A DNA stretch of 64,000 nt, from positions 16,244,001-16,308,000 of the forward strand of contig NC_086119.1 in NCBI RefSeq assembly GCF_963921235.1. The letters are read 5' to 3'. Of the stretch, positions 24,196 to 37,214 are shown in pieces. A program made the translations under genes and the position numbers. The notes beneath the pieces were generated by a model. It was not told where the DNA came from. It searched no databases and worked only from the letters and a program-made list of their open reading frames with translations. This DNA is from Mobula hypostoma (lineage: Eukaryota). The stretch's first letter is position 1. Each line of letters starts with the position of its first letter.

Positions 24196-24398
24196 TGAAG
24201 GAACCAACCAGTAAAGCAATATTTAAAATGGTAATCAATTTTCATCCATAAGAAAAAAAGTGATACTGTGAAAAAAAATGCTACAAACCAAACATCCAAG
24301 CTAAAGGTGCTTTGATAAGAAAAAATACATTTATATTTTTTTTGAATTTCAAGCTCCCTACCTTTTATGTAACAACCTATTGATATATTTGTACATAC

Positions 24399-24503
24399 CT
24401 GCCTGCAAGAACTGGATCATTGAGAGAAAATTAAGAAGCTTAACACCCCAACTATCTTCCTGGCACTGTATATTGATTGGGACAATGTCCTGGATCTCCA
24501 ACT
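24399..24503 (-). CDS. EXO5: Exonuclease V exon 3 (not in the ORF track)
   Basis: Acceptor tttttctttag|ag and donor gcag|gtatgt. 105 nt, phase 1-1. ELEIQDIVPINIQCQEDSWGVKLLNFLSMIQFLQA aligns to the human segment [27 protein letters not shown] as recalled. Confidence 0.9.
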
Positions 24504-24939
24504 CTAAAGAAAAACAGACAGAAATTATATATTTTTATAACCACAATTCCTTCAGTTTCACTCCGTATAGTGTAATGTGACACCTCCGTGAACTAGGCTG
24601 AGAAGAAGTAAATGGGCGGCTCTAACCCTGTCATTAGATTTATGAAAAGGATTTACTTTAAGATTGAATTTGATCCTACCATGCACCATTTAACAATAAA
24701 GAGATGCCACATTTTAAGTTATTGTGGGAACTGTCAGTTTAATCACAGTCATTTCTCAACAGCAACCATGCATATTCCACAGCAGCAGTTAATTTATTCA
24801 GACATAAATTATACAGCTTTTGATATGAATTAAGCAATCTTAGGAAATATACCAGGCAGGGATCCTATAGGAAAATGGTTAGATTTAGCTGCACTATATC
24901 ACACAATCAATTATCAAGCTAATGACAACTATACAAGCA

Positions 24940-26733
24940 TGCAAAGCTTCTCCACTGGGGTTCCATGAGAGATCGCTAGGGGTTCTGCGAGAGATAGTGA
25001 TTTAAAAAAAACATCGTTTTTTGAACTTCACGCTCACAGTGGAGGGCAGTGACCAAGCAGCCCCGTTAGCATTCTTGTTAGAGGTCCCTCAGCCCAGTAT
25101 GGCAGCATGCAGTAGGACTGTGTTTATTTGCTTGAGTTCATGGATGGCAGGACAGTAGGCTGATGAGGAGAATGAAGTGTGTTTTCTGAGCACTGAATGG
25201 ATTCACCCAACTTGGGCTGTGACGCCAGCCTCTCCCTGCCAAATTACCTCCCCCAACTTACACTTACGCATCGCCAACTCACTTATGGGAGTGAACAAAC
25301 TTGACTGGTGTAGTAGAACATTGGAGAGAAAGTTTCATTGTAAAGAAGGAACTTTGACACGCCGCAACTCAGCTGCTGGCCTGCCGCTTTGCTGTTGTAA
25401 ACGTTGCAAAGGTGGATTGTGTAGGTTAGAAGTGAATTGTCTTGTGAAGTTTTAGTATTTTCACAATTTTCTCATTTATTATGCCGTACTATTTTATATT
25501 TTATCAACCCCCATGATTTACAGATATGTCTGACAGTACAATCGTCCAAGTCATTTCACTGCACTAGTGCAACAACAGACACAAAAAAAGTCCATCTTTA
25601 CAATGAAAGCGACTTATAGGTTTTACATAGACTGGTGATTTAAGTTGTCCTATTCCATTGTGCCTAGTCTGTAGCAAACAACTTACAAATGTAGCAATGG
25701 CTCCAGCAAAGACACTTAACTACAAATCACAGCCATATGGCACACAACAGTACCGAAAATTTTAAATGGCTATTGGAATCTCAAAACAGAGTAAAGTTTT
25801 TGTTAATAAAGTCATCGTCAGTAAAAAGACTCAGGAAGCAAGTTATTTACAAACGTTTGTAGTAGCAGAACTTATTACCCTGAAAAGGAAATGTCACACA
25901 GTTGGTGAGAACCTAATAATGCCAGCATGTAAAATGATAGTGGCTAAAATGCTAGGACAAGATGCAACACGAGAAATTGAAAATGTTTCACTCTCAAACA
26001 GTATGATAAGTCGACATATTGATGCCATGTCATTTAATGCTGAAGAGGTTTTATATGATAAACTGAAAAACAACAGCTTCTCTATCAAGATTGATGAATC
26101 AACAGATTTCACCAATAAATGTCATGTTGTAGCAGTTGTAAGATTTGTAAATGATGGTGAAATTCAAGAAAACTTTTTCTGTTACACAGAGCTGCCTAAA
26201 ACAAGCAAAGACCAAGATATATTTAATATTTCGTCTTCATATCTCGAAACAAAAGGTCCATCTTGGAGGAACTGTATTGGCACTTGTGTTGCTTCAGATT
26301 ATGGTTTTTAGTAACTTTACTATTCAACATAGTCAATTAATTTTCATGTTAAAATCAATTTACAACCTTTATTTGAATTAAATCTACCGAGCCTACCTTT
26401 AGAAAAATTAAATCCCATTTTGGCTTAAGCCAGTTATTTAACAGAATTTATTATATTTTCCTTGAGTTTTTAAAATTTATGAAAGGGAAAGAAAGATACT
26501 AATTTCAAGAAAGGTAAGCTAAGCTTAACTACCTGTTTTTTTTTCTCTCTAGGAAAGGTTCATTCTCTACTCAAAAGAGCATTGACAATTACTTTTGGAT
26601 TATTATATCTACAACTCACTGATCATGCTATTGTGCCGTGAGTTGTAGATATAATAATTTTTACACAGGGGTTGTCTGAGACCTGAAAATTAATTCAAGG
26701 GTTCCTCAAGGGCAAAAAGGTTGAGGAAGGTTG
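24940..26733 (+). mobile_element. Charlie/Buster-type hAT transposon with transposase remnant (ORF 25766-26311)
   Basis: HTVGENLIMPAC..SLSNSMISRHI..FSIKIDESTD..VVRFV..ENFFC contains the first catalytic D motif (DESTD). The ends are approximate and the TIRs degenerate. Confidence 0.8.
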
Positions 26734-27162
26734 CTTAGCCCCTTAAGCCTGCTTCACCATGTAAAAATATAATGCTGATCCAATTATACCCTCAACTCCA
26801 TATTCTCATCTACCTGTGATAACTTTCATGCCCTTGCTTATCAAGTTTGGCTTCGTATCCATCTTAAACTGTGATTGCTCGCTTTAGATTGCTCTACACG
26901 AGGAAACGTCCTATCCACATCCACCCTGTCAAGACCCATCAGGATCATAAATATTTCAGTATCTTCGTGTTCTTCTAGATCCCAGTGAACGTGAACCACC
27001 TGCATCTAACTATTCCTTACAACATAATTCATCCATTTCCAGTATTAGTCAAGTAAATCTTTTCTCAACTGTTCCAAGGGAATTAACACTCTTCCTTAAA
27101 TAAGGGGACTGTTATTGTACACTCCTCAAACTGGGGCTTCACTTAAGCATAATCATGTTGCT

Positions 27163-27522
27163 GCAACACACATCAAAGTTGCTGGTGAATGCAGCAGGCC
27201 AGGCAGCATCTCTAGGAAGAGGTACAGTCGACGTTTCAGGCCGAGATCCTTCGTCAAGACTAACTGAAGGAAGAGTTAGTAAGAGATTTGAAAGTGGGAG
27301 GGGGAGGGGGAGATCCGAAATGATAGGAGAAGACAGGAGGGGGAGGGATGGAGCCAAGAGCTGGACAAGTGATTGACAAAAGGGATACGAGAGGATCATG
27401 GGACAGGAGGTCCGGGAAGAAAGATGGGGTGGGGGAACCCAGAGGATGGGCAAGGGGTATATTCAGAGGGACAGAGGGAGAAAAAGGAGAGTGAGAGAAA
27501 GAATGTGGGTATAAAAGGTTGC
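27163..27522 (-). mobile_element. Penelope pLTR (young subfamily) with 10-bp TSD
   Basis: TSD tcatgttgct at 27153-27162 and 27523-27532. The hammerhead core has a C3-to-U change. Confidence 0.85.
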
Positions 27523-28577
27523 TCATGTTGCTTTTGTCTAATAATATAGTACAACAGCTAGTTTACCAGTTTTTTGCTGTAACTAATTTTTCACAAAAAA
27601 CTGCTAGTTAATTTTTGTGAATTATGCACTACGGCAACCTAACTCCACTGCAGCAGGAACTCTGCAGTGGAGGTACATTTTCCTTATCCTTCCTGCTGAA
27701 ATAGACAATCTTACATTTTTTAACATGATGCCAAATATTTGTCCATTGATCTAACCTAACATCCATTTATACCTCACTACGGCAACTTCACAACTTACTT
27801 TCCATACTGTCATCTTGTCTTCTGCAAATTTAGCAACCACATCTTCAGTCCATTCATCAGTGTCATTTTTATAAACTGTAAAAACTGAGGATTCCAACGT
27901 CAGCCTTTCTGGCATACCACTCCTTATAGCTTTCAACCACAAAAATACCTATTTAGGCCTATTTTCTGATTACTTTATTAGCACAGTTTGTCTTCTTTTG
28001 CACATTGTCTGTCAGCCTTTGTGTGTAGTTTTTTAAAATTTATTTTACACCCCTTCTGATTATTGAGGAAACTTAACCAATCCTGCATTTCCCTGATCCT
28101 CCAGAAAGACCAGTAGCGGGTTCTCCTAAGTTAGCTGTTAGGAGTTGCACTGAAATTATTTTTTTTATTTATTGAGATCTAGCACAAAGTAGGCCTTTGA
28201 GCTGCACCACCCAGCAACTGCCGATTTAACCCTAGCCTAATCATGGACAATTTACAATGACCAATTAACCTAACAACCAGTATGTCTTTGGACCGTGGGA
28301 GAAAACCAGAGCACCTGGAGGAAACCCACGCAATCACTAGGAGAACAAACTCCTTACAGGCAGCAGTGGGAATTGAACCCAGGTTGCCCATACTGTAAAA
28401 CATTGTGCCAACTACTACACTACCATGCTGTCTGATTTCCCCCATGGAAATCACTATTTGACATTATTGGTGGTCGAGATCTGAAAAGCCCCACATTTGG
28501 AATTGTGGTTTCACTTCTGCATTTTAGCTTATTGTATTGCAAAACTGGGGCCTGTTCCCTGGAGTCTGATAGGGTAC

Positions 28578-28843
28578 CTCTTGCCAGATGAATGCTGCTA
28601 CCGGTTTTCACAACTGGATGCTCATCACGTAGTCGTTGAATGTGCGGTATTTCCATCCCATAGACCACCTGCTGTTCACACCAAGCCTGTTGACTCAGGT
28701 CTGTGACACTCAGGTACCTTCGATCAAACCACTCCAGTGGGATCCTACTGTCCTGCCTTCTCCTTTTGAAGCTGCTGCCTTCACACTGAGAATCACTTCC
28801 AATCCCTGACACAGGCAGCTGAATGGAAGATTGCTCATGTCCA
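28578..28843 (-). CDS. EXO5: Exonuclease V exon 2
   Basis: Acceptor ttttttccccacag|t and donor agag|gtacc. 266 nt, phase 2-1. Reads RYLSVTDLSQQAWCEQQVVYG...KTGSSIHLAR and includes the first Fe-S cysteine. Confidence 0.92.
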
Positions 28844-30473
28844 CTGTGGGGAAAAAAAATAAGACTTTTTTTGGCAAAACTCAATGCAGAGCCTTGACAA
28901 AGTTACATTTAAAAACTTTACTTTAAAAGGAAATACAAGTTGTAGACCATTTAAAAAAAATTAGATGGCAATACCTTGAAATATAGTTAGTGGGAATGGA
29001 TTTAAGATTAAATTGATTAAATTGCAAGAAAATGTCCTTACATTTGTCACCAAAAAAATAAATGCACCCAAAAGAAATAATTTCACAAAGAAGGCAACTG
29101 ACAGTCATTATGATAAGCAAACTTACAAAACTTGAAGAGCAGAATGATGAGATATTGAGTCAGTTAAAGAACAAATATGCCACCTGAACACCAAATCCAA
29201 GCTGAATTGCTGGTTAACGAAACGCACTGCAAGAACTGGCCAAGATAATGACTGTACATTTGCAGACACAATGACAGCAGAACTATGGATTAGGCATGTG
29301 AACTGTTAAAATGTACAAGTCCAGATGGATCTGTTAGTGTTTCCTACACACACCAGAGACTGCACACGCTGCGATCTGGAGCAAAAAAACATACTGCTGG
29401 AAGATGCTTCCTGACCTGCTGAGTTCTTTCAGCAGTTTGCTTTTTTTTTTAAAGTCAGTGATTTCTTTCTCCTCCACAGGGTGCAATTTTTCCCCAAAGC
29501 AATCAGCATAGAATCATTGCTGTGAAGGCACACTATTCTTGCTGTAAAATTGTGTAGAATGGTGTATAACTTCAGTTTTATTTAAGTATTTAAGCCTAAT
29601 TATTAGTGTAGCACATCTCTGGCCCTGATAAGCTAACTTTATGTGCAGATTAGGAGTGGGGAGATGGAGTCCAATTTTAAAATAATATTTTAAAGCTTAT
29701 GATATTTCAGATTTCAGTTTAATCCAGATTTATGCCCCAATCTTTATCTGCCCTCATTTTTTTCTTGTTTGGAGGGTGTGGGAATTTTTCAGGGAGCATT
29801 GTAGGTTATTTCAGGTCATGCCAGACAGCAATTCACAATGAAAAAGAGGAGATTGACAATATGATGCCCACAGTTTGGGTTACTGAATTGTGGGCATGCG
29901 ATGTAGGTGCCAAAAGCGTGGCAACACTTGTGGGTTTGTGAACACAATTCTCGCTAATTTGATTTGATGCAAACGACGCACTTCACTGTAGGTTTTGATG
30001 TTTCAATGCATAATAAACCTCTCTCTTTTGCCTGTTACACCGCCGGCGTTTAGGGAAATAACAAAGGTCCTCCATCTCTGGCAGTGTTCATGGCTTCCTT
30101 CATCCTGTCAGTAACTTCAAATAAAGCTAATACTTAATTTTTAAACTACTTAGACCACTCGGACTGTGGTTGGGCATGGCAGGGAGAGTTTTCTTCCTTC
30201 TCCCGTCTGCATGAGATGTGGGACTTTGGAGAAACTTTGAACTTTTTTTACTGTGACCAGGGACTGTTCTTCATCAAGTTATGATATTGTTGCACTGTTG
30301 TAACTATATGTTATAATATGTGGTTTTGTTAGTTTTTCAGCCTTGGTCTGTCCTGTGTTTCTGTGATATCACACCGAAGGAATATTGTATCATTTCTTAA
30401 TGTATGCATTACTAAATGACAATAAAAGAGGACTGCGTGTCTTCATAATCTAATCCAATAATCTAATCTAACT

Positions 30474-32173
30474 ACACACATCAAAGTTGCTGGTGAACGC
30501 AGCAGGCCAGGCAGCATCTCTAGGAAGAGGTACAGTCGACGTTTCGGGCCGAGACCCTACGTCAGGACTAACTGAAGGAGATTAGTAACTGAAGGTTAGT
30601 AAGAGATTTGAAAGTGGGAGGGGGAGGGGGAGATACAAAATGATAGGAGAAGACAGGAGGGGGAGGGATGGACAGGTGATTGGCAAAGTAGATACGAGAG
30701 GATCATGGGACAGGAGGTCCAAGGAGAAAGACGGGGGGGGGGAACCCAGAGGATGGGCAAGGGGTATAGTCAGAGGGACAGAGGGAGAAAAAGGCGAGTG
30801 AGAGAAAGAATGTGTGTATAAAAATAAATAACGGGTGGGGTACGAGGGGGAGGTGGGACATTAATGGAAGTTAGAGAAGTCGATGTTCATGCCATCAGGT
30901 TGGAGGCTACCCAGACGAAATATAAGGTTGTTCCTCCAACCTGAGTGTGGCTTCATCTTTACAGTAGAGGAGGCCGTGGATAGACATGTCAGAATGGGAA
31001 TGGGATGTGGAATTAAAATGTGTGGCCACTGGGAGATCCTGCTTTCTCCGGCGGACAGAGCGTAGGTGTTCAGTAAAGCGGTCTCCCAGTCTGCGTCGGG
31101 TCTCACCAATATATAGAAGGCCACACCGGGATCACCGGACGCAGTATATCACCCCAGCCGACTCACAGGTGAAGTGTCGCCTCACCTGAAAGGACTGTTT
31201 GGGGCCCTGAATGGTGGTAAGGGAGGAAGTGTAAGGGCATGTGTAGCACTTGTTCCGCTTACAAGGATAAGTGTCAGGAGGGAGATCAGTGGGGAGGGAT
31301 GAGGGGGACGAATGGACAAGGGAGTCGCATAGGGAGCAAACCCTGCGGAAAGCTGGGGGGGTGGGGAGGGAAAGATGTGCTTAGTGATGGGATCCCATTG
31401 GAGATGGCAGAAGTTACGGAGAATAATATGTTGGACCCAGAGGCTGGTGGGGTGGTAGGTGAGGACCAGGGGAACTCTATTCCTAGTGGGTTGGCGGGAG
31501 GATGGAGTGAGAGCAGATGTACGTGAAATGGGGGAGATGCGTTTGAGAGCAGAGTTGATAGTGGAGGAAGGGAAGCCCCTTTCTTTAAAAAAGGAGGACA
31601 TCTCCCTCGTCCTGGAATGAAAAGCCTCATCCTGAGAGCAGATGCGGCGGAGACGGAGAATTGCGAGAAGGGGATGGCATTTTTGCAAGAGGCAGGGTGA
31701 GAAGAGGAATAGTCCAGATAGCTGTGAGAGTCAGTAGGCTTATAGTAGACATCAGTGGATAAGCTGTCTCCAGAGACAGAGACAGAAAGATTTAGAAAGG
31801 GGAAGGAGGTGTCAGAAATGGACCAGGTAAACTTGAGGGCAGGGTGAAAGTTGGAGGCAAAGTTAATAAAGTCAACGAGCTCAGCATGCGTGCAGGAAGC
31901 AGTGCCAATGCAGTCGTCGATGTAGTGAAGGAAAAGTGGGGGACAGATACCAGAATAGGCACCGAACATAGATTGTTCCACAAAGCCAACAAAAAGGCAG
32001 GCATAGCTAGGACCCATACAAGTGCCCATAGTTACACCTTTAGTTTGGAGGAAGTGGGAGGAGCTAAAGGAGAAATTATTAAGAGTAAGGACTAATTCCT
32101 GGCCTGTTGCATTCACCAGCAACTTTGATGTGTTGCTTGAATTTCCAGCATCTGCAGAATTCCTGTTGTTCGC
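30474..32173 (-). mobile_element. 5'-truncated Penelope element (RT, GIY-YIG, pLTR) with inverted terminal pLTR piece and 13-bp TSD
   Basis: ORF 31286-32215 reads GVTMGTCMGPSYACLFVG, HYIDDCIG and VYYKPTDSHSYLDYSSSHP. TSD atctaatctaact at 30461-30473 and 32174-32186. Confidence 0.92.
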
Positions 32174-32639
32174 ATCTAATCTAACTTCTTTGTCAGTAGG
32201 TTTTCTCAACATCACTAGTAAGCACTGCTCTTCAATCTTCCTCTGGAATATCTAGGTCATTAAATCAATTAAATTCAATACTTGAAGTAACCTGCAGGAA
32301 GCTTTGTCCGTTCCACGGCCAGTCTGGTTAGACTCACTAGACTTGCTTGAGGTGTAATTGTCTCCTTCACTTTGCTGAGTGCCTTCTGCAATTCAGAAAT
32401 TTGACAACATATTAGATACACTTCAGAAGACACCTCAAGTTCAAAGTACATTTATTGTCAAAGTATGTATATATTATACAACCTTGAGATTAATCTCTTT
32501 ACATCCAGCCACAAAACAAAGAAACCCCAAAAGAACCCATTTAAAAAAAAGACCGGCAAACATCCAATATGCGGAAAGAAAGAAAAATAAATCATGCAAG
32601 CAATAAAAGTAGCGCTCAGAACTGAAGTTTTACAAAGAC

Positions 32640-32835
32640 ACAAAGCCAGGCATCACTGCAGCCAGAGCAGGCCAGAACCCCAGTTCAGTTCAGAGCAGAG
32701 CTGAGTAAACATAGTGAGACCACAGATGTGAGACCAGGCATTTGTGTAGCCGGGAGCAAGCCACAGCCCCAGTTCAGAGCAGAGCAGTGCTGAGTAAACA
32801 TTGTGAAACCAGGCATTAGTGCAGTCAGAGAAGGC
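32640..32835 (+). repeat. Imperfect ~75-bp tandem repeat (~2.5 units) inside a LINE-tail element
   Basis: Recurrent ccaggcat..gcag..ccccagttcagagcagag..ctgagtaaaca..gtga. Confidence 0.65.
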
Positions 32836-35800
32836 CACAGCCTCACATCTCTTCTCCCATGTTCAAATTAAAATGTCAGTTATTGCAATATGCAAAACCT
32901 TACATTTCCAGCACTATTAATTAAATGTTTCTTTGACTTGTTGCACTTAATGCCGGTCTCTGCTTCATTCACTGGCAATGGCCAAGTACAGTCAATTTTC
33001 CTGAAGGAAACCAAGTCTATAATTGCCTATTAGAGGTATCATAATAGACAGAAATAACAATAGTGAATTCTTTGTTACTATAATACAAACACCTTGAAAG
33101 CATTCTTCTGCTGCCAATTAGCCAACATTTATCATTGAAACAACATCACTGCAACAGACTGTCAGGTCGTTCATCTCAATGTTATTTGTGGGATCTTTCT
33201 ATACAATTGCAGCACAGTTAGTAGAGCTGCATTCAAAGATGATTTCTGGACTAAATGGCCACTGTAAATTGTCCCTTCTGTAAGTGAGTGGTAAAACTGA
33301 TGAGAATGAGAGAACTAATTAAAGGGAAAATTAGTAGGTAAGCAGAGTTGCTCTGAGAACTGACAGCCTTGATGGACAGAATGGCTTTCGTCTCTGTTGT
33401 AACGAAATACAAAGCATGTTGGTTGCAGCATTTCCCAAATTCCCTGAACTGACATTTCAGAATTGTGGGACTTCACAGGCAGCAAATGTGTTTATGATCT
33501 CAATGTGCTGTATGAATAAAAGTTAATGATATCGTTTTCTTTCCTTGCATGATACAGCCTAATCCAACTCTGGGCAGTTCTAGCCACCTCAAGGTACAGC
33601 AATTAACAGAATATTCAGCCATGGTTCAAGCCCACAATAAATGGCCATGGAAGAATACATGGACAGATTATGAGAGTGGTCAAGAAAGTAGCCAATGAAA
33701 TACATTGTAGGGAAATACACTTTGATAGTAGAAATACATGTGCAGACTAGAACAGTCTACACACCTTGCATTAGAAAATGGATAGGAAATCAATAGAATG
33801 AAAGTACATACACTTATTATCGCGTGGGACATGATTACCTTGGGTTGTAAAATCCTCTTACAACCTGCCCAGATTTTACATGAAAGTTTCAATAAAGGAA
33901 AGATACTGAAAAGCAGATACCTGTTATAACAGCATCCAATAAGACAATGAAAACATTGAGAATAGAGAAACTGGTAAAAAAAAAATCATTTGCAGATTCA
34001 ATAGTGAGTACATCACAACTTTTTACAAACATCGGAGAAGATAATCTAGAGCAAGATCTGATTTCCATAAATGATCAAATCATGAACTACTGACTTCCAG
34101 AGTTTTTTGTTGTATAATCAGAAGGGCGGAGAACCTAATTTCTAAGAAAAAAAACTGAAGATGAGATACAGTGGAAAGTGCCAAAGCCAACCACAAGCAA
34201 AAATATATAATTCAAATGCAGCTTTTATATTTTTTAAACCAATAAAGGTAAATAATGACCGCAGAACTGGAAGTCAGCCAGTACCTAGGAAAGCACAGCT
34301 CAGCAAATTGACAATGTCCTTGGGGATAAAATGTCTTGTTGCTAACAAGGATATGAAAAATAACAACAGGAGCAGGTCAGTCAACCCTTCTAACCTGCTC
34401 AGTCATCCTTATCATGCTTGATCCAATTTTGGCTGCAGCACCTCTTTTCTGTTCTTGCTCCACACTGCTTGTCTACCTTGTACCGTAAACATGTCAGTTT
34501 CCACCTTGGCTACGCTCAATGACTTTCCAGAACTCTCTTGGATAGAGAAGTCCAAAAATTTGTAATAATGGAATTGGGACGAGGGTATATGAAAGGAAAA
34601 CATTTTTGTCTGTAACCTTCAATAGGGTGTCACACATAAGTTTATTACACAAAATTAAGAGTACAATCAGACTGTGCTTAACATAATTTTACGAATTGAG
34701 GATTAGTTAATAGATAGAAAACAGTGCAGGGGTAAACAGGTCATTTGAAATGAAAGAGATGATTGGTAGCTCAGGTTGGCTGCTTGTCTGTAGGGCTGTT
34801 CACCAAGCCTGGAGGTGCGCCCTAACCTTCAGGCTCAGTGAACAACCCTACAAATTAAACAGGTCATTTTTGCATTGGAAGGCTCCAGATGTTCCTAAAT
34901 CTATGATGTAATTTAGGTGATAGTACCCTGTGTAATGGTGGTGGAGAGGGTTGTATGGATGACAGAGGGGTTTCTGACAAAGAATGGGAGTAGATGTGAA
35001 CTAAACTGACAAACAGGATCAGTGTAAATGGGGTGAGTTGAAGGCATTGTTTCTGTGCTAAACAACTGAGTGAAAACATTAGCTACTCAAGGCTAATTGA
35101 AGGAAGAATTCCCTCAGAGGGTAGGGGACCTTTGAATTCCTTTCCCCAGAAGTATTTTTGGGGATTTTTAAAAAACCGAATGTAATTAATATCTGGCAAA
35201 TCCCACTTTACAGACTTCAGCACCCAGCAGTTTCAATTAACCAGTCTTTCCACCTTGTATCATACCTGGACTTTTTCTCCTAACCATCTTGTTACATTAA
35301 CGCCATTTCCTTCTTCTCCACAGACCCTATTCAACCAGTTGTACACTTCCAGCAAGAAAGCACTTGCCTTAACATGTTATAGCTATCATTCCTAGTGTGG
35401 ACAAACAGAAGTTCTCTTAGATAGGAAAGTGTTATATTTTTTAACGGCGAGTTTAAGAGCTGTTGGTATTTAAAGAGGCTTAGATATTTGTTCGTTTTTC
35501 GCGCCTTCGGGTATTTGATGCTTTCTTGGACGGTGTTTTGTTTTGTGACTGTCTGCAGGAGGACGAATCTCAAGAGTTGTACTCCATATACAAACTATCA
35601 TAATAAATATACTTTGAATCTGTGTAAGTGAATCAAAGCTGATGTAGAGTGAGCAATTTGGAAGGAAAACAGCACGCTGACCATGACTGTAAAATTATTT
35701 AAGCGCTAGAATAAAGATATCCTACTTCAATTACATAGGGTTTTTGTAAAACTGCGCTTGCATTATTGCATTCCGATGGACAGCACTCTCCTATCCGTTC

Positions 35801-35888
35801 TCCCAATAACCGACTAGAAACCTCCACCTCAGAGACATCCCATATTTTGAAAGGAAGGCCGCAGGCGGCCTGGCGGAGAGAGCATCAC

Positions 35889-36019
35889 CGGGTAAAGTGC
35901 GATGTACCGGGCTCACTGCTGAACGCGAGCTCCGCAGCCAACAACTCCGCGTCACTCATCTCCGGCACCACCGCCGTTCCATCCCCATCACTGTTCCGTC
36001 CGCCGGCTTCCGGCTCCAT
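35889..36019 (-). CDS. EXO5: Exonuclease V exon 1 (probable)
   Basis: MEPEAGGRNSDGDGTAVVPEMSDAELLAAELAFSSEPGTSHFT resembles the EXO5 N-terminal DLSDSEFL motif and sits in a CpG island. The donor CG|gtgatg gives the phase 2 needed by exon 2 and a 380-aa protein. This donor is weak, so the 3' boundary is uncertain. Confidence 0.65.
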
Positions 36020-36811
36020 CCGTTCCGCGTCCAAGTTCGTCACTAATGGAGCCACCCGTTTATATTTATATATATATATAGGAATATCGGACTCTCTGCG
36101 TCGACTCTCCTTTATTGTCTCCCCGGCTCTCAGCATAACAAGAATAAAATCTGTAACAGGCAATCTCTCAACACGGTAAACGAGCTGTTACACAAGCCCC
36201 TGTGTTGTCGCGGAGTGATACTTGACTTGTGAAATTTTAAAAAAGTAAAAACGTTAAACCAAAAATAAATAAACTACAGGCGTTATTGTAAATAAGAGTT
36301 AAGTATCATACGTTCGCTCTTAACTGGTCTTTAATCGTTATTTGATCTTTAACTTTTGGACTTTTTTCTGCGCAGGTGCTTTGCTGTTGGGGAGAGAGTA
36401 GGGAGGCGTCGCCATGGTAACGCGTCACTCGGAGAGTCGGTGCAGCTTGTGCGTTGGGATGGAGGGAGAAAGGAAATTTCTACCACAGAGGAGGATAAAA
36501 TTATTAACTAAACCACAAATGAAATAGCAATGAACAGCCTGTCATCGATCCCGTTGCTCTGCATTTAAGATCAGAGCAAACTAGATCATATTGCATGAAA
36601 TGTAGAAGTCGGGCGATCGAAATCCAGGAAGCAGAAAGTTTTAACGAAAGTTAGAAGTCAATTACTGTTAGACTTCAAGAGTCGGCCAAAGTGCACGCAC
36701 GCATTTTCTTATTTACCCACAGATCTAGAAGACGTTTGTTGTTCTGGCAACTTATAAAACTTCCAAAACTAAACCGATGCGACGGCGTGGGTTAAGAAAA
36801 GCTGCGAGCTG
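36020..36811. promoter_or_regulatory. Bidirectional CpG-rich promoter region between EXO5 and LIAT1
   Basis: The two divergent start codons are ~790 bp apart. CpG density is raised at ~35740-36450, with a (TA)n tract at ~36059-36079. Confidence 0.6.
36408..36421. promoter_or_regulatory. RFX X-box
   Basis: GTCGCCATGGTAAC matches the palindromic X-box GTTGCCATGGCAAC at 12/14 positions. Confidence 0.55.
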
Positions 36812-36989
36812 ATGATGGAAGACGATACACCGGCCAGCGGGCACAAGGCAAAGTCAGCCACGAAGTTTACTGGTGATTCGGCAGTAAAGAAGAAAATCAA
36901 GAAAAAGGGTGTGAAAGAAAAAAAGAATTCCCGCAAAACAAGGAGAAGCTCTTCAAGTACGCCGTTAACCTCAGCTGAAACAGTAATGG
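36812..36989 (+). CDS. LIAT1: LIAT1 (ligand of ATE1) exon 1, lysine-rich N-terminus
   Basis: MMEDDTPASG...KKKIKKKGVKEKKNSRK contains the poly-K tract typical of LIAT1. Donor ATGG|gtagga is phase 1 and matches exon 2. Confidence 0.75.
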
Positions 36990-37214
36990 GTAGGATAAAT
37001 AACCATTGAATAGGGATATCAATTCCCCTTCCCCCCAACACTCACATTCCACTCGTCCCAACCGTGGTTAAGGTAATCTGCTATTGAAACTATTTGTTAC
37101 TGTAGAAGTATATATTCTAATCTATAATATACTCTTGTAAGTGGTTTCCTATAATGTTTTACTTTCTCTAAGCTTATGGTCTAAATCTCCTACTTACACC
37201 AACTAACTTGTACC

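Noticed and set aside
25766-26311. Domesticated ZBED/SCAND-like host gene
   Set aside because: The ORF is truncated after the first catalytic motif and lies within a transposon-shaped element in an EXO5 intron.
26514-26552. GT-AG mini-intron in the hAT element
   Set aside because: At 39 nt it is below the normal vertebrate intron size. It is probably a deleted transposon intron.
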